From: Pirellulales bacterium
GTDB lineage: Bacteria; Planctomycetota; Planctomycetia; Pirellulales; UBA1268
DNA length: 53,529 bases
Direction of reading: 5' to 3'
Assembly: GCA_044336925.1 (NCBI GenBank)
Contig: JBIIOM010000001.1
Coordinates: 1 to 53,529 of the forward strand
The translations under genes were made by a program, and so were the position numbers. The notes under the pieces are model-generated. The model was not told the origin of the DNA and did no database searches. It was given only the letters and a program-made list of their open reading frames with translations. This document shows positions 1 to 9,060 of this stretch, piece by piece. Position 1 is the first letter of the stretch. Every line of letters begins with the position of its first letter.

Positions 1-61
1 CGCGAAAGACATTGCCGGTTTCAAGCGGCAGGGCCGCGCATGATCGTCGTCGATACCAACG

Positions 62-1813
62 TCATCGCCCACCCCCAACCGAGACGTCCGCGAGCGAGCC
101 GGCGGAGACGGTGATCACGCGGTCGCAGTAGGATGTGGTTGAGAGGCGGTGGGCGATCATGATGATCGTGAGGTCGCGGGAGAGACCGGCAAGCGTGTCC
201 ATGAGGGCCTTTTCAGTGGCGTCGTCCAAGGCGCTCGTCGCCTCGTCGAAGACGAGCACGGGCGCCTGCTTGTAGAGCGCCCGCGCAATCCCGATCCGCT
301 GCCGCTGGCCGCCGGAGAGCCGTACGCCCCGCTCGCCCACGGTCGTGGCATAGCCCTTCGGTAGCGACTCGATGAATTCGGCAATCTGGGCCTGAGCGGC
401 CGCGGCCTCGAGACGGCCCTGATCGACCTCCGCCGCCGGGATGCCGAGCGCGATGTTCTCTGCGATCGACGCGTCGGCGAGAAAGATGCTCTGCGGCACA
501 TGCGCGATGTTCGCCTGCCAGGCCTCGGAGTCTACTTCGCGGCCGTCGATCAGGAGCCGGCCACTCGTGGGGGCGAGCAGCCCCATGAGGATGTCGGCGA
601 GCGTGCTTTTGCCGCTGCCCGTCGGCCCGACGAGGGCTACGCGTTCGCCCCTCTTGATTTCGAGCGACACATCGCGGAGCACGAGCGGCAGTTCGGGCTG
701 GTAGCGGAACGAGCAGTCGTCGAGCGCGATCGACTCGGTGAAGGCAGCGGGGGCCGCCCGGGGCCGGTCGGCCTCGGGGGCCGGCTGGTCGAGGAGATCG
801 AGCACGATCTGGAACCCGGCCACGTGGTTTTGCAACAGGGAAAACGACATGTAGGTCTGCTGCAGCGCCGGCAAGAGCCGCTGGGCACCGAGCGCGAGAG
901 CCCCGAGCACGGGCAGCGCCGCCGCGATGCCGCCGGACCGCGTCACGAGCACATAGGCCAACGCCGCCACGCCCGCCATGCCCGCCGCCTCGATCACAAA
1001 CCGCGGAAACCCGCCGAGCAATTCGGCCCGGGCCCGCAGTTGGCGGATCGCCCAGTCGGCGTCTCGATAGCGGGCGAGATAGTAGGGCTGCGAATGGTCG
1101 AGGAGCACGTCGCGGATCGCCCCCAGGCCCTCCTGCACGTTTTGCACGAGGGCCTTGTTGCTCGCCGCCTGCTCGCGGCTGTTGGTGGTGAGCGAGGCCT
1201 TCGTGGCCAGCGTGATCGCCAGATATGCCCCTCCGAAGGCGAGCACCGTGAGAAACGCCACCCACGGGTCGATGAGCACGAGGCCGAGCGCGATCGCGGC
1301 GATCACGGCGACGTTGACGCAGATCAAAAGCAGCGGATTGAGTACGCCGTAGATCAGCCCATCGACGTGCGAAATCACGGCTGTCGTGATCGTGGCCGAG
1401 TTGCGGGCCACATGCACGGCATACGGCTGGTAGAGCGTGCGGCGATAGGCCTCCTGCGAGAGATCGCTGCCGGTGCCGGCGGCGACGCGGCCGGAGAGCC
1501 AGAGGTTCACGAGGCGGATCAGACCCGAGGCGACCGCGGCAACCACGAAGAGCATCGTGACGGGCAGGAGCAACTGACTGGGCTCCGTGAGCCCGCGGGC
1601 CTCCGCGGCTGCCCGCACCCACGGCCGGCTCCAGAGCCGCTCGGGGTCGGCAAGCACCGTGAGAAACGGGACGACCGCGGCGAGGCTCACAATCTCTGCG
1701 AAGCCGCTTGCGAGCATCGAGCCCAATACGGCCACGAGCTGAAACCGCCGCTTGCCCGGAAGATGGGCCCAGAGGCGGCGGAGGAGCGCGGGGAGTGGCG
1801 GATGGTCGGTCAT
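62..1813 (-). CDS. ABC exporter, fused permease/ATPase (MsbA/PglK-like architecture)
   Basis: 583-aa ORF with ATG at 1813. Hydrophobic N-terminal half resembles a six-helix exporter TMD. C-terminal NBD has Walker A GPTGSGKST, ABC signature LSGGQRQR, Walker B LVFDEATSALD and H-loop IAHRL. Confidence 0.9.
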   Translation of the reverse strand: MTDHPPLPALLRRLWAHLPGKRRFQLVAVLGSMLASGFAEIVSLAAVVPFLTVLADPERLWSRPWVRAAAEARGLTEPSQLLLPVTMLFVVAAVASGLIRLVNLWLSGRVAAGTGSDLSQEAYRRTLYQPYAVHVARNSATITTAVISHVDGLIYGVLNPLLLICVNVAVIAAIALGLVLIDPWVAFLTVLAFGGAYLAITLATKASLTTNSREQAASNKALVQNVQEGLGAIRDVLLDHSQPYYLARYRDADWAIRQLRARAELLGGFPRFVIEAAGMAGVAALAYVLVTRSGGIAAALPVLGALALGAQRLLPALQQTYMSFSLLQNHVAGFQIVLDLLDQPAPEADRPRAAPAAFTESIALDDCSFRYQPELPLVLRDVSLEIKRGERVALVGPTGSGKSTLADILMGLLAPTSGRLLIDGREVDSEAWQANIAHVPQSIFLADASIAENIALGIPAAEVDQGRLEAAAAQAQIAEFIESLPKGYATTVGERGVRLSGGQRQRIGIARALYKQAPVLVFDEATSALDDATEKALMDTLAGLSRDLTIIMIAHRLSTTSYCDRVITVSAGSLADVSVGGGR

Positions 1814-1877
1814 TGGGGCGGAAGCGTGGCCGAGGGGCCCGAGGGCACCAGCGAGTTTCCCATCGGCCGGTTACGAA

Positions 1878-3440
1878 TCAATGCAGAGCCTCGAGCCGCT
1901 CGCGCAGGGCCTTGATCTGCGGATGATCGAGGCCGCCTTGAGGCAGGGCCGGAAGACGGGTGATTTCGTCATACAGCCGCCGGGCCGTGGCCGCATCGCC
2001 CGCATCGAGTGCGAGGTTGGCCAAGCGGGTATGGCCATACCACACATACTCGATCGTGCGCGGCACGCGGCGGGCGATATCCGCGAGCGGATGCGGCTCG
2101 AAGCAGGCCGCGCCGCGATAGAGCGCCACGATCTCACCATAGGCCCGTGCCGCCGCCTCTCGATCGCCGACCTCTTCAAGGGCCGTCCCCAGATTCGCCC
2201 AGGCCTTCGTGCTGTGCGGGGCCTTGATGGCCGTGTCGGCCCAGAGCGCGAGCGGCGAGGTGTGAACCGTGTTGCGCTGATAGGTCGCCCCGGCGAGGGC
2301 GAGGGCCGCCGTGCCGAGAATCGCGGTCGAGAGCCGCAGATCGGAGAATGCTTGCACGGTGCCCAGGGCAACGGCAGCCGCCACGCACGCCAGCGAAAGA
2401 TAGATGCGGTGCTCGAACGCCAGGTCGATCGTCGCCGCCACGCTTGACGTCGGAAGGAGCACGAGCCCGAATGCCAGCGGCAAGAAACCGAGCTGCGGAT
2501 CGCGCCGCCAGAGCCATGCCGTTGCTGCCGTGGCCACGGCGACGAGCCCCCAGGCGATCGAGAGCCACACGGGATCATCTTCGACTGGCCAGGAGGGATC
2601 GATGCAGAGCCGGCTCGGCCAGAGAGCCTGGGCGAGATAGTGGCCGATGATCTCGGGCTGCGTGCGGAGGTATTGCCAGGTGCTCACCCGCTGGGCACAG
2701 AGCAGCCCGCCGGCGAGATAGTGGCTGCGATTGAGGAGCACGTAGCCCACTCCAGAGCCAACAGTGGCGACGAGCGCGGCGTAATACCAGCCGCGTCGCG
2801 AAAACACCTCCCGCCACGACGCCGCGAGAAACGCCCGGTCGAAGAGCAGAAACACCGTCAGCGCCACGATGCCCACCTCCTTCGTGGCAATCGAGAGCAG
2901 CACGCAGCCATATGACGCTGCGAGCCACGGCCACGCCCGCCCGCCCGCCGCCGCCCGCCAGAGGCAGTAGAGGCCGGCGAGAAATAAGAGCCCCATCAGC
3001 GACTCAAACCGCTGGTAGAGGTAGGTCACGGAGTGCGTCTGGAGCGGATGCAGGGCCCAGAGCAAGGCGGTGAACAGGCTCGCCGCCGCGGCCCGTGGCG
3101 GCCCCAGGCGGCGCGTCGTCACCCCGCGCACGATCAGAAAGAGCAGGCAGGCGGCCGCGGCATGGATGGCGATGTTGACGAGGTGAAACCCCGGCAGCCA
3201 CATTCCGTGGAGCGTCTTTTGGAGTTCGAACGTGAAGAAGCCGAACGTCCGCGGCCGGGGCAGGAACCAGCCGGCGGGATCGGAGGGTGACAGCGTCCGC
3301 AGGCCCTCGGCGAGCGGGATGCCGTCGAAGAGAAACGGGTATTCGAGGCTGTTGGAATACGCAGCCGCAACCGCCGCGACGATCAGCCCGCACGCGACGG
3401 CCGCGCTGGGCCAGCCCTTGTTGTCACTGACCGCGCTCAT
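1878..3440 (-). CDS. TMTC-like GT-C membrane protein with C-terminal TPR-like tail (paralogue T1, degenerate first-loop motif)
   Basis: I prefer the internal ATG at 3440 (MSAVSDNKGW...) over the ORF-track start at 3557. Shares motifs with five paralogues: GFHLVNIAIHAAA, LHPLQTHSVTYLYQRFES, ATKE, LLPTSSV...FEHRIYLS. The first-loop motif reads FLFDG instead of F-x-DD. Confidence 0.7.
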   Translation of the reverse strand: MSAVSDNKGWPSAAVACGLIVAAVAAAYSNSLEYPFLFDGIPLAEGLRTLSPSDPAGWFLPRPRTFGFFTFELQKTLHGMWLPGFHLVNIAIHAAAACLLFLIVRGVTTRRLGPPRAAAASLFTALLWALHPLQTHSVTYLYQRFESLMGLLFLAGLYCLWRAAAGGRAWPWLAASYGCVLLSIATKEVGIVALTVFLLFDRAFLAASWREVFSRRGWYYAALVATVGSGVGYVLLNRSHYLAGGLLCAQRVSTWQYLRTQPEIIGHYLAQALWPSRLCIDPSWPVEDDPVWLSIAWGLVAVATAATAWLWRRDPQLGFLPLAFGLVLLPTSSVAATIDLAFEHRIYLSLACVAAAVALGTVQAFSDLRLSTAILGTAALALAGATYQRNTVHTSPLALWADTAIKAPHSTKAWANLGTALEEVGDREAAARAYGEIVALYRGAACFEPHPLADIARRVPRTIEYVWYGHTRLANLALDAGDAATARRLYDEITRLPALPQGGLDHPQIKALRERLEALH

Positions 3441-3446
3441 CGGATT

Positions 3447-3457
3447 CTCACAGTGAG
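3447..3457. promoter_or_regulatory. palindrome in a short divergent intergenic region
   Basis: CTCAC-A-GTGAG is a perfect 5-1-5 palindrome. It lies between the divergent T1 (start 3440) and YfhO-like A (start 3491 or 3548) genes. Confidence 0.2.
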
Positions 3458-3547
3458 GGTGCCGGGCATTGCAGACGTCGGGCATCAGGGTTGGAATGGG
3501 TCGGCTGCGGTATCGTACTCGCCCTCCTGCTTCTTCCGCGCGACAGC

Positions 3548-6280
3548 ATGGCTGCATCGTTCATCACCCGCCCATCGTTCTTTCCGATCGTGCTCCTCGC
3601 CACGGTTGCGGTGCTGTTTGCCGGCTCGGTCGGCCCGGGGCTCTTGTTTGCCTTTCGCGACTCGCTCCACTTCTATCCGCCGCTCTACCGGCTCGTGGCC
3701 GACGAGTGGCTCGCCGGCCGGGTGCCGCTTTGGAACCCGCTCGCCAACTGCGGCCAGCCGCTGGCCGGGATGGGGAGCGCAGGCGCGTTTTATCCCCCGC
3801 AGATTCTGCTCGCGATGCTCCTGCCCGACGGCACGTCGCTGAACGTGTATTGCATTCTGCATCTCGCGTTTGCCGCGACCGGGGCGTATTTCCTCGCGCG
3901 GGATCAGGGCGGCTCGCGGCCGGCGGCGACGGTGGCGGGGCTCGCGTATGCGTTTGGCGGGAGTGTGCTCCTGCAGGTCTACAACCCGATCTACGCGGCG
4001 GGCGCCGCGTGGGTCGCGTGGGCCGTCTATGCGGGCCTGCGGCTCTTGCAGGCCAGGGGTGGAACCCGCGACTTCGTGCTCTTGGCCGCGGCACTGGCGA
4101 TGTGCGTCTTCTGCGGCGACCCTCAGGCTGCCTACCATGCCGGGCTCGTGCTCGGACTCTTTTGGCTCATGCTGCCCGGGAGATCGTGGAAGGGTTTTGG
4201 AATGCTCGCCGCCGCGGGTCTGGCGGGCGGGCTCTTGTCACTCGTGCAGGTGGCCCTCGCAGCCGAGTTCACCCGCGACACGCAGCGGTCGATGGATCTC
4301 GCCCCCTACTCGCTCTGGGAGATTCCCGCGTATCTCGCCCACCGCGCGGAGATCGGCGACCGGGCGGCCTGGTACGACATCTTCATCGGTCGGCCCCGGG
4401 CGGCGGCCGGGCATTACGGGGCGATCTATGCATTCGCGCTGCACCCGCTGCGGCTCGTGGAATTTCTCTGGCCCGACGCGCTGGGCACGATCGCCGGGAG
4501 GTGGGCGGCGAATCTCCGCCTCGACAACAGTGAAGTCTGGGCCAACTCGCTCTATTCGGGCATCCTGCCGGTCGTGCTCGCCGCCGGGGCCTGGCTCGTG
4601 CCGGCCGCGGGGTGGCCGACCCGCAGAGCCTGGGGGCTCGCGGCCGTGCTCGCGCTTGTCGCCAGCATGGGCGGGCTGGGCCTCGTGGGGCTCGTGCGAA
4701 ATGCCGCCGCGATCCTCACGGGCGACTTTGGCTCACTCGGCTATGCGCATGGCGACGAAGTGGGCGGCCTCTATTGGGCGATGTCGATCGGTCTGCCCGG
4801 CTATGCGGGATTTCGGTATCCCGTGAAATGGATGACCGTGTTCGCCCTCGCCCTCGGGCAGCTGGCGGCCATGGGATTTGACGGCCTCGGTGACGCCGCC
4901 GTGCGTGCACGCTGCCGCAAGATGGCCGTTGCCGTGGCGGCTGTGCTTGCCGTCTTGGTCGCGGGGCTCGGGATCGCGGCGCTCGCCAACGGGCAGGCGG
5001 ACGTGTTGCCGGCGGGCAGTTTGGAGGCACGGCGGGTCGCCGTCTTTCAGGCGGTGTTTCATGGCGGCGTCCACGCGCTGGCGTTCGCCGCGATCACGGC
5101 CTTGCTGATCGGCGGGCCCCGGTGGGCTTCGCGGCGGGCGGCGTTCGCGATGCAGATCGGGCTGGTACTGATGGTTGCGGCCGACCTGGCCATGGCGGGC
5201 CGACGTGAACTGGTGGTCGAGCCTGTCGCGCGGCTCGTGGCCGGCGGGGACTATCTCGACGAACTGGCGCTCCGCCGGCGGGCGGACATGGCGACCGTGG
5301 CGTCGCGGCCGCGGCTGGCGGTCGTCGATCCGGCCTCGATCCTGATCGACCCGCTCGACATGCCGCGCTATGTCTGGGAAGTCGGGCAGACGCTGATCGG
5401 CCACACGGTTTGGTTCCACGGCCAGGAAAAAATCGGCGAGCGGAGTACGGCGATGTCTCGGGAGCTCGAGTTTCTCTTGTGCCCGCTGGAGCACGAGGGC
5501 AGGAAGATCGTCTCGCGGCGGACCTACGACCTATGCGGCGTCGAATTCTTCATCGTCGGAGCGGGCGAGGCCGAGCTCACGGCCTCGTCCACGCTGCTCC
5601 ATGAGTGGACGGCCGAGCAGCGGCGGGGGGCTTTCGACGGGCCGGTGCCGCTCGGGCCGCCGCTGCCTGCGGTGCCGATCATGAATCTCGGGCCGAACGG
5701 CGGCGAGCCGCTGATGGTGGTGGCCCGCAACGAGTCGGCCCTGCCGCGGGTGCGGGTCGTGCGGCAGGTTGCGACCGTCCCTCCGGCGAGCAAACGGGAT
5801 TGGGCCACATGGATCGACCTGCTCAAGCGGATCGCGTTTCCGAATCGGGAGATTCCCGACCTGTTTCACGCCGCGATCGTCGAGGGCACGGCTCTGAATG
5901 GCCCGCCCTTTCCGCAGGGCGGCCGCGCAGCCGTCCGCGACGCCTGCCGGATGGTGGTCGATGAGCCGCAGCGAGTCGTCATCGAGGCTGATCTCGCCAC
6001 GCCGGGGCTGCTCGTGGTCGCCGATAGTTGGCACCCCGACTGGACTGTCAGCGTGTCGAACGACGGCGGGCCGCCCCGGGCTGCGCCGATCCGGCGGGCC
6101 AACCGGATTCATCGCGGTGTCGGGCTGCCGGCAGGCCGGCATGTGCTCGAGTTTCGGTATCGCTCGAAGACGTTCGTCTGGACGGCGCCCTTGACGCTGG
6201 CGGCATGGGCGGCCGCCGCGGTCGCCGTGGCGGCGTCGTTTCGGAGTGGCCTGACCGCTGCGAGGCATGGGGCGACATGA
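3548..6280 (+). CDS. YfhO-like polytopic membrane protein (GT-C-type), copy A
   Basis: Start is uncertain: TTG at 3491 or ATG at 3548. Many TM helices. N-terminal RDSLHFYPPLY...GRVPLWNP...GQPL motif. C-terminal LVVADSWHPDWTVSV...ANRIHRGVGLPAGRHVLEFRYRS resembles the YfhO-family C-terminal signature, followed by a final TM helix. Confidence 0.7.
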   Translation: MAASFITRPSFFPIVLLATVAVLFAGSVGPGLLFAFRDSLHFYPPLYRLVADEWLAGRVPLWNPLANCGQPLAGMGSAGAFYPPQILLAMLLPDGTSLNVYCILHLAFAATGAYFLARDQGGSRPAATVAGLAYAFGGSVLLQVYNPIYAAGAAWVAWAVYAGLRLLQARGGTRDFVLLAAALAMCVFCGDPQAAYHAGLVLGLFWLMLPGRSWKGFGMLAAAGLAGGLLSLVQVALAAEFTRDTQRSMDLAPYSLWEIPAYLAHRAEIGDRAAWYDIFIGRPRAAAGHYGAIYAFALHPLRLVEFLWPDALGTIAGRWAANLRLDNSEVWANSLYSGILPVVLAAGAWLVPAAGWPTRRAWGLAAVLALVASMGGLGLVGLVRNAAAILTGDFGSLGYAHGDEVGGLYWAMSIGLPGYAGFRYPVKWMTVFALALGQLAAMGFDGLGDAAVRARCRKMAVAVAAVLAVLVAGLGIAALANGQADVLPAGSLEARRVAVFQAVFHGGVHALAFAAITALLIGGPRWASRRAAFAMQIGLVLMVAADLAMAGRRELVVEPVARLVAGGDYLDELALRRRADMATVASRPRLAVVDPASILIDPLDMPRYVWEVGQTLIGHTVWFHGQEKIGERSTAMSRELEFLLCPLEHEGRKIVSRRTYDLCGVEFFIVGAGEAELTASSTLLHEWTAEQRRGAFDGPVPLGPPLPAVPIMNLGPNGGEPLMVVARNESALPRVRVVRQVATVPPASKRDWATWIDLLKRIAFPNREIPDLFHAAIVEGTALNGPPFPQGGRAAVRDACRMVVDEPQRVVIEADLATPGLLVVADSWHPDWTVSVSNDGGPPRAAPIRRANRIHRGVGLPAGRHVLEFRYRSKTFVWTAPLTLAAWAAAAVAVAASFRSGLTAARHGAT

Positions 6281-9060
6281 GCGACACGCCTTTCAACTCC
6301 GCGTCGCCGCTCGATCGCATCCGTGAGCAGGTTGATGCGGCGCTTGCCACCTGCGCGGCGTGGGCCGACAGCCGCTGGCTCTTTCCGGCGGTGCTGGCGG
6401 CCACCGTGGCGGGGCTCTTCTTCGATGCGGTCGGGCCCGACTGCGTGTTTGCCTATCGCGACTCGCTCCACTTTTATCCGCCGCTCTACAAGCTCGTGCG
6501 GGAGGAGTGGCTGGCGGGCAGGGTGCCCCTCTGGAACCCGCTCTTGAACTGCGGCCAGCCGCTGGCAGCGATGGGCACGGCGGGAGCGTTTTACGTTCCG
6601 CAGATCCTGCTCACGATGCTCCTGCCCGACGGCGTGTCGCTCAACGTCTTTTGCATCGCGCACCTCGCACTCGCCGCGACCGGGGCCTACTGCCTGTCGC
6701 GAGACCAGGGCTGTTCGCGGCCAGCGGCGACGGTCGCGGGGCTCGCGTATGGGTTTTGCGGCAGCGTGTTCCTGCAGATTTACAACCCGATCTATGCCGC
6801 GGGGGCGGCCTGGCTCGTGTGGACGGTCTATGCAGGACTGCGGCTGCTCGAGCGAGGCGGCCTCCGCGACGGGCTGCTTCTCGCGGCGGCGCTTGCCATG
6901 GCCGTCTACTGCGGCGACCCGCAGGCCGCCTACCACGCCGGGATCGTGCTCGGCCTCGTCTGGCTTTGCATGCCGGGGAGGTCGTGGCGGCGGCTCGGGC
7001 TCGTGGCCGCGGTGGGCGTCGCGGGCGGGCTGCTCGCGCTCGTGCAGGTCGCGCTTACGGCCGAGTTCATGCGGGGCACCTCTCGCGGCATCCATATGGT
7101 GCCGCACTCGATCTGGGAGATTCCGTCTTTCCTCGCCCGGCCGGCCGCGGAGCGGGGCGGCTTGCACTGGTACGACGCGCTGATCGGCCGGCCGCCGGCG
7201 GGCGACTCGCATTACGCCGAGATCTACTCGTTCAGCGTCTTCCCGTGGCGGGTGCTGGAGTTGGTGTGGGCCGATTTTTCGGGGACGACGTTTTACCGCT
7301 GGCCGGTGATGCTCGGCATCGACATCCCGGGGGCCTGGGCCAACTCGCTCTACGCGGGCGTGGTGCCTGTCGCCGCGGCGATCGCCGCAGTATGCGCAGG
7401 CCGTGGCCGCCGGGAGCCGCGGCGGATGTGGTGCGCTGTGCTCGCTTGGGCGGCCGTCGCGAGCCTTGGGGGCCTCGGCATCGTGGGCCTCGCCCGCAAC
7501 GTGTTCGTGATCGCGACCGGCCGTTGGCAGGAGTTTGGTTATCGCCCCGGCGACGAGGTCGGCGGGCTTTCCTGGGGGATGTCGATCCTGCTCCCCGGCT
7601 ATGCGGGCTTTCGCTACCCGGCCAAGTGGATGACGGTGTTTGCGCTGGCGCTCTCGCAACTGGCGGCCCTCGGCGTGGCGGAACCCGATGAGCCCGACTC
7701 GCGAGGATCGTTCGCGCGGGCCGCGGTCGCGATCCGCACATGGGCCCTCCTCGGAGTGTGTCTGGGGCTCGGTGCGGCGGCGATCTTGGGCGTCGATCGC
7801 GCGCTGCCCGGGGCCGAGGGAGATGTGCGGCGCGGACTCGCCTGGTGGGCCGTCATGCGCGGGGGTGTGCTTGCGGCGGCCGTCGCGGCAGCACTGGCGG
7901 CGTTGCTCGGCGTTTTGCAACGCGATGCGGGCGGCGCCGTCGCGCGGCGTGGGGCGGCGGTGGCGGTCGCGCTGCTGGCCGCGATCGATCTCGCTTTGGC
8001 CGGGCGGGGCGAGATCGTGGCGGAGCGGTTCAGCGATCTCGTCGCGAGCAGCGGGTATCTCGCACGGCTTCCGGCGGCAGAGCCGCTCGGCGGTGAAGCA
8101 CGCCCCGCGCGGCCGCGGCTCTATGTGCAGGGCGCCCCTCCTAAATTCGTCGATCAGCGGGAGCCGGGCCGATTCGTCCGCTACACCGGCATCATGGGCC
8201 GCAGCCATGTGCCCTGGCTCCACGGCGCGGGGATCGTCGGCGAGCCGAGCACGGCGATGCCGGCCGACCTCGAGCGGCTGCATGAGCCACGGCGGATCAA
8301 CGGCCGGATGGTGCCGCCCCGCCGGGTTCTCGATCTGGCCGGCGCGGAATACTTCGTCGTCTCGCTCGAGGGCCTCGGCAAAGCAGCCGCGAAAGCGGCG
8401 TTTGCCGACTGGTCGGAGGCACAGAAGCAGGGCGTCTATGAAGGCCCCGCGCCGCGCGGCGAGCCGCTGCCGATGCAGCCGCTCTGGCTGCCCGGCGAGG
8501 AAGAACATGCGCCGGTGGCTGTCGTCGTGCGAAACCCGGCCGCCCTGCCGCGGGTGCGGGTCGTGCGCGATGTGGACCTTCACCTGCCGGGATCGCCACC
8601 GCTCGATGAGATCGCGATCCCGAGCGTCGAGACACCTGATCTCTTCCGACGCGTGATCGTCGAGGCCGCGAGCGACGCGGCGATCGCCCCGCCGGAGGCA
8701 TCTTTGCGCGGGCCGCCGCCGACGCAAGACGCCTGCCGGATCGTGGTCGATGAGCCACAGCGGGTCGTGGTGGAGGCAAGCCTCGCCGCGGCCGGGATGC
8801 TCGTGCTGGCCGACACGTTTCATCCCGATTGGCAAGCCACGCTTGTCACCGACGACGGCGGTTCGCAGCCGCTGCCGATCTTCCGGGCCAACCGGATGCA
8901 CCGGGCCGTGAGCCTGCCTGCCGGCCGGCATCGCGTGGAGTTTCGCCATCGGTCGCAGACGTTCGCCCGCACGGCCGGCCTGACGCTCGCGGCGTGGGCC
9001 GCGTGGGCCGCGGCGGTGATCATGTCGTTTCGTGGGCCGCGCAGCCGGGAGGGCTCGTGA
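6277..9060 (+). CDS. YfhO-like polytopic membrane protein (GT-C-type), copy B (tandem paralogue)
   Basis: ATG at 6277 overlaps the upstream TGA as ATGA. The ORF-track extension back to 6028 is Arg/Gly-rich overlap. Colinear with copy A: AYRDSLHFYPPLYKLV..., LVLADTFHPDWQATL...ANRMHRAVSLPAGRHRVEFRHRS. Confidence 0.75.
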   Translation: MSDTPFNSASPLDRIREQVDAALATCAAWADSRWLFPAVLAATVAGLFFDAVGPDCVFAYRDSLHFYPPLYKLVREEWLAGRVPLWNPLLNCGQPLAAMGTAGAFYVPQILLTMLLPDGVSLNVFCIAHLALAATGAYCLSRDQGCSRPAATVAGLAYGFCGSVFLQIYNPIYAAGAAWLVWTVYAGLRLLERGGLRDGLLLAAALAMAVYCGDPQAAYHAGIVLGLVWLCMPGRSWRRLGLVAAVGVAGGLLALVQVALTAEFMRGTSRGIHMVPHSIWEIPSFLARPAAERGGLHWYDALIGRPPAGDSHYAEIYSFSVFPWRVLELVWADFSGTTFYRWPVMLGIDIPGAWANSLYAGVVPVAAAIAAVCAGRGRREPRRMWCAVLAWAAVASLGGLGIVGLARNVFVIATGRWQEFGYRPGDEVGGLSWGMSILLPGYAGFRYPAKWMTVFALALSQLAALGVAEPDEPDSRGSFARAAVAIRTWALLGVCLGLGAAAILGVDRALPGAEGDVRRGLAWWAVMRGGVLAAAVAAALAALLGVLQRDAGGAVARRGAAVAVALLAAIDLALAGRGEIVAERFSDLVASSGYLARLPAAEPLGGEARPARPRLYVQGAPPKFVDQREPGRFVRYTGIMGRSHVPWLHGAGIVGEPSTAMPADLERLHEPRRINGRMVPPRRVLDLAGAEYFVVSLEGLGKAAAKAAFADWSEAQKQGVYEGPAPRGEPLPMQPLWLPGEEEHAPVAVVVRNPAALPRVRVVRDVDLHLPGSPPLDEIAIPSVETPDLFRRVIVEAASDAAIAPPEASLRGPPPTQDACRIVVDEPQRVVVEASLAAAGMLVLADTFHPDWQATLVTDDGGSQPLPIFRANRMHRAVSLPAGRHRVEFRHRSQTFARTAGLTLAAWAAWAAAVIMSFRGPRSREGS

